A stretch of 64,000 nucleotides of DNA from Candidatus Wolfebacteria bacterium. Its GTDB lineage: Bacteria > Patescibacteriota > Minisyncoccia > UBA6257 > UBA9933. The notes beneath the pieces were generated by a model, which saw nothing but the letters and a program-made list of their open reading frames with translations, had not been told where the DNA came from and did no database searches. The position numbers and the translations under genes are program-made. The stretch is taken from contig JANLIR010000002.1 of NCBI GenBank assembly GCA_024654025.1, positions 101,639 to 165,638 of the forward strand, written 5' to 3'. This document shows, in pieces, positions 60,875-64,000 of this stretch; positions within the stretch are counted from its first letter, which is position 1; every line of letters begins with the position of its first letter.

Positions 60875-61135
60875 CTATACTTCAAAAATTTCGTCGTTTT
60901 CGTGAACCTTTTCGTTCACTTTTATGCCCACGCCCTGTCCTTTTTTAGCGGAAGAAATATCTTTGTGGTCAAACTGCATAGAGCTAATTTCTTGTTCGAA
61001 ATCGGTGTGGGCGCCCTTAAAATGGACTTTTGCGCCGACATCCACGCCTTTGTTGAATTCAACTATCGCCACGTTAATATTGCCGTAATAGTGGGTTATT
61101 TTGCCGATCGGTTTTTCTTTTTTTGAATTGGCCAT
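60875..61135 (-). CDS. Small hypothetical beta-barrel-like protein
   Basis: 86 aa; no motif. Confidence 0.25.
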   Translation of the reverse strand: MANSKKEKPIGKITHYYGNINVAIVEFNKGVDVGAKVHFKGAHTDFEQEISSMQFDHKDISSAKKGQGVGIKVNEKVHENDEIFEV

Positions 61136-61199
61136 TTTTTATTTGTCCCGATGAGTTTATTCTCGACCTTTTGAGCTTAGCCGAACCGCTCAGGGTCAT

Positions 61200-61781
61200 T
61201 TATTCGTATTTTAGAGTTTCTTTATTGATGGCCTCAATTATTTTTTCAACCAATGATTTAGGGTCAGAATCAAAAAATATTTTACCTTTCCTTTCCTGAG
61301 CGCGATGAGATTTTTCAATAAGCATTTTAAAAGTTTCGTCTGTGTCCCAATCGCCTTCCAAAATACCCAAAGGCTTATTATCTTCAAAGGCTATGGTGAA
61401 TTCGTTGATGGTGCCTATTCTTCCCGGACCGACAATAACCGCGTCGGATGATCGAGTAAGAATTAAATTCCGCCCCGAATAATGGAAGCCGGTATAAACT
61501 ATCATATCGTGGTAATCGGTTGGCAACCCGAATAATTCAACGTGGTTTTTTTCCGTATCCGCCGGTGAAAATCCGATTACAAAACCGCCAACATTTTTTG
61601 CGCCTTTTGCCGCCCATTGCGGAAAACCGGTTGTGGCTCCGTCAACTAAAATTGCGCCTTGTTTGGCTATTTCCTCGCCCAATTTCTCGGCGATTAAATT
61701 AGTATTTTCGCTGAAGTCGCTTAATTCTGCTGTTCCGGAAACGCAGATTTTAGGTTTCCGATGATTTTCTGTGTTGCTCAT
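61200..61781 (-). CDS. LOG/TIGR00725-family Rossmann-fold nucleotide-binding protein
   Basis: KICVSGTAE...ILVDGATTGFPQWAAKGA...GPGRIGTINE pattern. Confidence 0.5.
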   Translation of the reverse strand: MSNTENHRKPKICVSGTAELSDFSENTNLIAEKLGEEIAKQGAILVDGATTGFPQWAAKGAKNVGGFVIGFSPADTEKNHVELFGLPTDYHDMIVYTGFHYSGRNLILTRSSDAVIVGPGRIGTINEFTIAFEDNKPLGILEGDWDTDETFKMLIEKSHRAQERKGKIFFDSDPKSLVEKIIEAINKETLKYE

Positions 61782-61877
61782 TGTTTATCTATTTAACACT
61801 AAAAAAAGTTAAATTCCAAATTGCAAACGAGATTCCTCGCCCGCCATAGGCGGGCTCGCAGTGGCTAGGCGCGAAAT

Positions 61878-62978
61878 TTAAATATTATTAATTTCTATTT
61901 TTAATGTTTTCCATCTCGGGTTTTTTTCAAAATTGCTTTTTGTCAGCAACCCTTCTGTGGCTCCGATTTTTTCAAGATTTGAAGTTGCGTTTGCCGCGCC
62001 GAGCTGTATAGCGTACGCGATATTAGCCGGAGCGCATTTATTTTTATCGCATTTTTCTTTTCTGCTAATTAGCCCGCAAACAAATCCGCTTCCAAAAGAA
62101 TCGCCCGCTCCTGTTCGGTCAACAACCTTTTTGTTTTTGAAAGTTTTGGCTTGATAAATTTTTCTTCCGTCCGAAACAATAACTCCCTTGGGTCCGTCGG
62201 TCATTACCGCTATGCCCAAAACAGCTTTGTCCAGCCGCTCAAAAATTCCTTTTTCGTTCTGGTATTTTGTTTTCGTAAGATAAGACGCTTCTTCGCGGTT
62301 TAAAATCACAACCTTGCTTTTAGATAAAATCGGCTCGAGTTTTTTGATTCCCATTTCTATAAGATACTTTGAGGGATTTATGGCGATAAGCGTATTTTGT
62401 TTTTCCAAATGCGAATAAATTTTAAGAAGAGTTGGAAACGGAATATTTCCCGGAGAAATATAAGCCCAACGAGATTTTCCGCCAGAGGCGTGCTCCATAG
62501 GCGCATCCGCCTTGGGCGGAGATCCGCCTCTGGCGGATATTTTATCAAAAGGAATTTCGGTAGCTTTTAAATTATGAGACGCGCCGCGATAAGCCAGTAT
62601 TGTTCTTTCTCCATTTGGCGAAAGAAGAATCGCCGAGTAGCCAGTACTTAGATTTTTATCAAAAACAGGAAACACAAAAACTTTCTCCTTTTTCAGTTCT
62701 TTTAAAATCGATTCGGCTTCCGGATCTTTTCCCAGCTTCATCAAAGAGGCAGTTTTTAGTCCTTGTCTGGCAAAGGTTACGGCCGCGTTTGCCGCTCCCC
62801 CTCCGGTTGTAAAAATCGGTTTTTCTATTTCTATTTTCGAGCCCAAAGCAAAACACTCGGCTTCTCCCGTCGGAATGCCTATTTTTTTAAAGTGTTTTGG
62901 ATCTTTTATGACTTTAAAAAGTTTGCCGGTTAAAAAAACGTCTCTAGTCGCTGTTCCGATTGTGATTATGTCGAACAT
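61878..62978 (-). CDS. PfkB-family carbohydrate kinase (ribokinase-like) with internal insertion
   Basis: GGGAANAAV N-terminal motif and DRTGAGDSFGSGF C-terminal motif. Confidence 0.7.
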   Translation of the reverse strand: MFDIITIGTATRDVFLTGKLFKVIKDPKHFKKIGIPTGEAECFALGSKIEIEKPIFTTGGGAANAAVTFARQGLKTASLMKLGKDPEAESILKELKKEKVFVFPVFDKNLSTGYSAILLSPNGERTILAYRGASHNLKATEIPFDKISARGGSPPKADAPMEHASGGKSRWAYISPGNIPFPTLLKIYSHLEKQNTLIAINPSKYLIEMGIKKLEPILSKSKVVILNREEASYLTKTKYQNEKGIFERLDKAVLGIAVMTDGPKGVIVSDGRKIYQAKTFKNKKVVDRTGAGDSFGSGFVCGLISRKEKCDKNKCAPANIAYAIQLGAANATSNLEKIGATEGLLTKSNFEKNPRWKTLKIEINNI

Positions 62979-62979
62979 A

Positions 62980-63966
62980 TTATTTTCTTCTGATTGCCCT
63001 TTTCGTTGCTTTTATTATATCATCAACCCCTAATTCGTATTTTTCAATCAATTCTTTTGGTTCTCCGCTTTGACCAAAAACATCTTGTATGCCCACAAAC
63101 TCCATCGCTGTCGGCGCGTGTTTCGCTAAAGTTTCCGCCACAGCCGATCCTAGCCCTCCTATTATAGTATGTTCTTCAACTGTTACGACTGCCCGATATT
63201 TTTTTGCCAATTCAACGATTTTATTTTCATCAAGAGGTTTTATGGTGTGGGAGTTTAATACCACTACTCCTATTTTTTCTTTTTCCAGTTTTTTAGCGGC
63301 CAGAAGCGCGTTATAAAGCAATGGTCCGGCGCCGATAATCACTGCTTGTGGCTTTTTCGACTCCCATAAAACATAGGATTTTCCTGGAACAAAACGGGTT
63401 TTCTCGGTTGTTATTTCCGGAGTTTTTTCTCGCGCCAGCCTTATATAAACAGGTCCCCAGATTTTGGCGGCCGCTACAGTAGCTTTTTTTGCCTCCTCGT
63501 AATCAAGCGGAACGATTACTTTCATATTTGACATTGCCCGCATTGTGGCGATGTCTTCGGTTGCCTGGTGAGTCGCGCCGTCGGCGCCGGTTGAAATTCC
63601 GGCGTGGTGGCCGGCGATTTTTACGTTCGAATCGTTGTAGGCGATAGTAGTTCTTATTTGTTCCCAATTTCTGCCCGGAGAAAAAACCGCGTAAGAAGAA
63701 ATAAAAGGAATTTTTCCGGCCACTCCCAGTCCGGCGGCGATTGTTGCCATGTTTTGTTCGGCAACGCCAACCTCAAAAAATCTTTCAGGAAATTTATCGG
63801 CAAACCAATGGCAGCGGGTTGATTCTTTTAAATCCGCGCATAAGACAACTACGTCTTTATTTTCTTCTCCGAGTTCCACTAAACCTTCGCCGAATCCGTC
63901 GCGAAGCGCCTTTTCACGGTGGTTTTCAAAAATTTTAGAAGAGAGATGAATTTCCTTGTTAAGCAT
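62980..63966 (-). CDS. Transketolase, C-terminal (pyrimidine-binding + C-terminal domain) subunit
   Basis: EVGVAEQNMATIAAGLG...ISTGADGATHQATEDIA. Confidence 0.8.
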   Translation of the reverse strand: MLNKEIHLSSKIFENHREKALRDGFGEGLVELGEENKDVVVLCADLKESTRCHWFADKFPERFFEVGVAEQNMATIAAGLGVAGKIPFISSYAVFSPGRNWEQIRTTIAYNDSNVKIAGHHAGISTGADGATHQATEDIATMRAMSNMKVIVPLDYEEAKKATVAAAKIWGPVYIRLAREKTPEITTEKTRFVPGKSYVLWESKKPQAVIIGAGPLLYNALLAAKKLEKEKIGVVVLNSHTIKPLDENKIVELAKKYRAVVTVEEHTIIGGLGSAVAETLAKHAPTAMEFVGIQDVFGQSGEPKELIEKYELGVDDIIKATKRAIRRK

Positions 63967-64000
63967 TATTTAATTATAACACAACAGTTTCTCCTTCTTT

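Overview
This 64 kb window is low-GC (roughly mid-30s % by eye) and gene-dense, with mostly short proteins and a minus-strand bias. Housekeeping content reads like a reduced Patescibacteria/CPR-type bacterium; that taxonomic placement is inference. The chromosomal origin region is present, with dnaN-dnaA diverging from rpmH-rnpA and a perfect DnaA box (TGTGGATAA) in the dnaN-dnaA spacer. Core genes identified: ksgA, uvrD/pcrA, comM, polA, yidC, jag, ruvB, pilB/gspE, rpsP, smc-like, rnc, nusB, rpmF, thrS, dnaE, yebC, ruvC, a class A PBP, rel, ligA, recO, glyQS, holB, frr, rseP, a PfkB kinase, a transketolase C-terminal subunit, tRNA-Asp(GTC) and tRNA-Arg(CCG). Positions 66-10981 hold a minus-strand type IV secretion-like operon (VirB4 ATPase, PrgI/VirB3-like, VirB6/TrbL-like, a pilin-like protein and several secreted proteins) with no relaxase or coupling protein. 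Accessory signals stand out against the AT-rich background. (1) A composite MITE-like repeat family occurs in at least five places, once with its arms flanking a GxxExxY gene and twice as an inverted 95-bp module translated in-frame inside ORFs. (2) A TrpR/YerC-like regulator is flanked by three TGTTATG...CATAACA palindromes and a trp-operator-like TTAGTTAACTAAG array. (3) A consensus promoter plus closing stem plus U-tract at 23.2-23.4 kb suggests a stand-alone sRNA. (4) tRNA-Asp is followed by a direct copy and an inverted copy of its own 3' end, and then by a ~3 kb higher-GC (~50%) island. The island carries a 3D-domain cell-wall lytic protein and two unrecognisable proteins with strong AAGGAGG-type ribosome-binding sites. 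(5) A second higher-GC two-gene lipoprotein cassette has a textbook TTGACA-N17-TATTAT promoter. No CRISPR array, integrase or transposase ORF was found.
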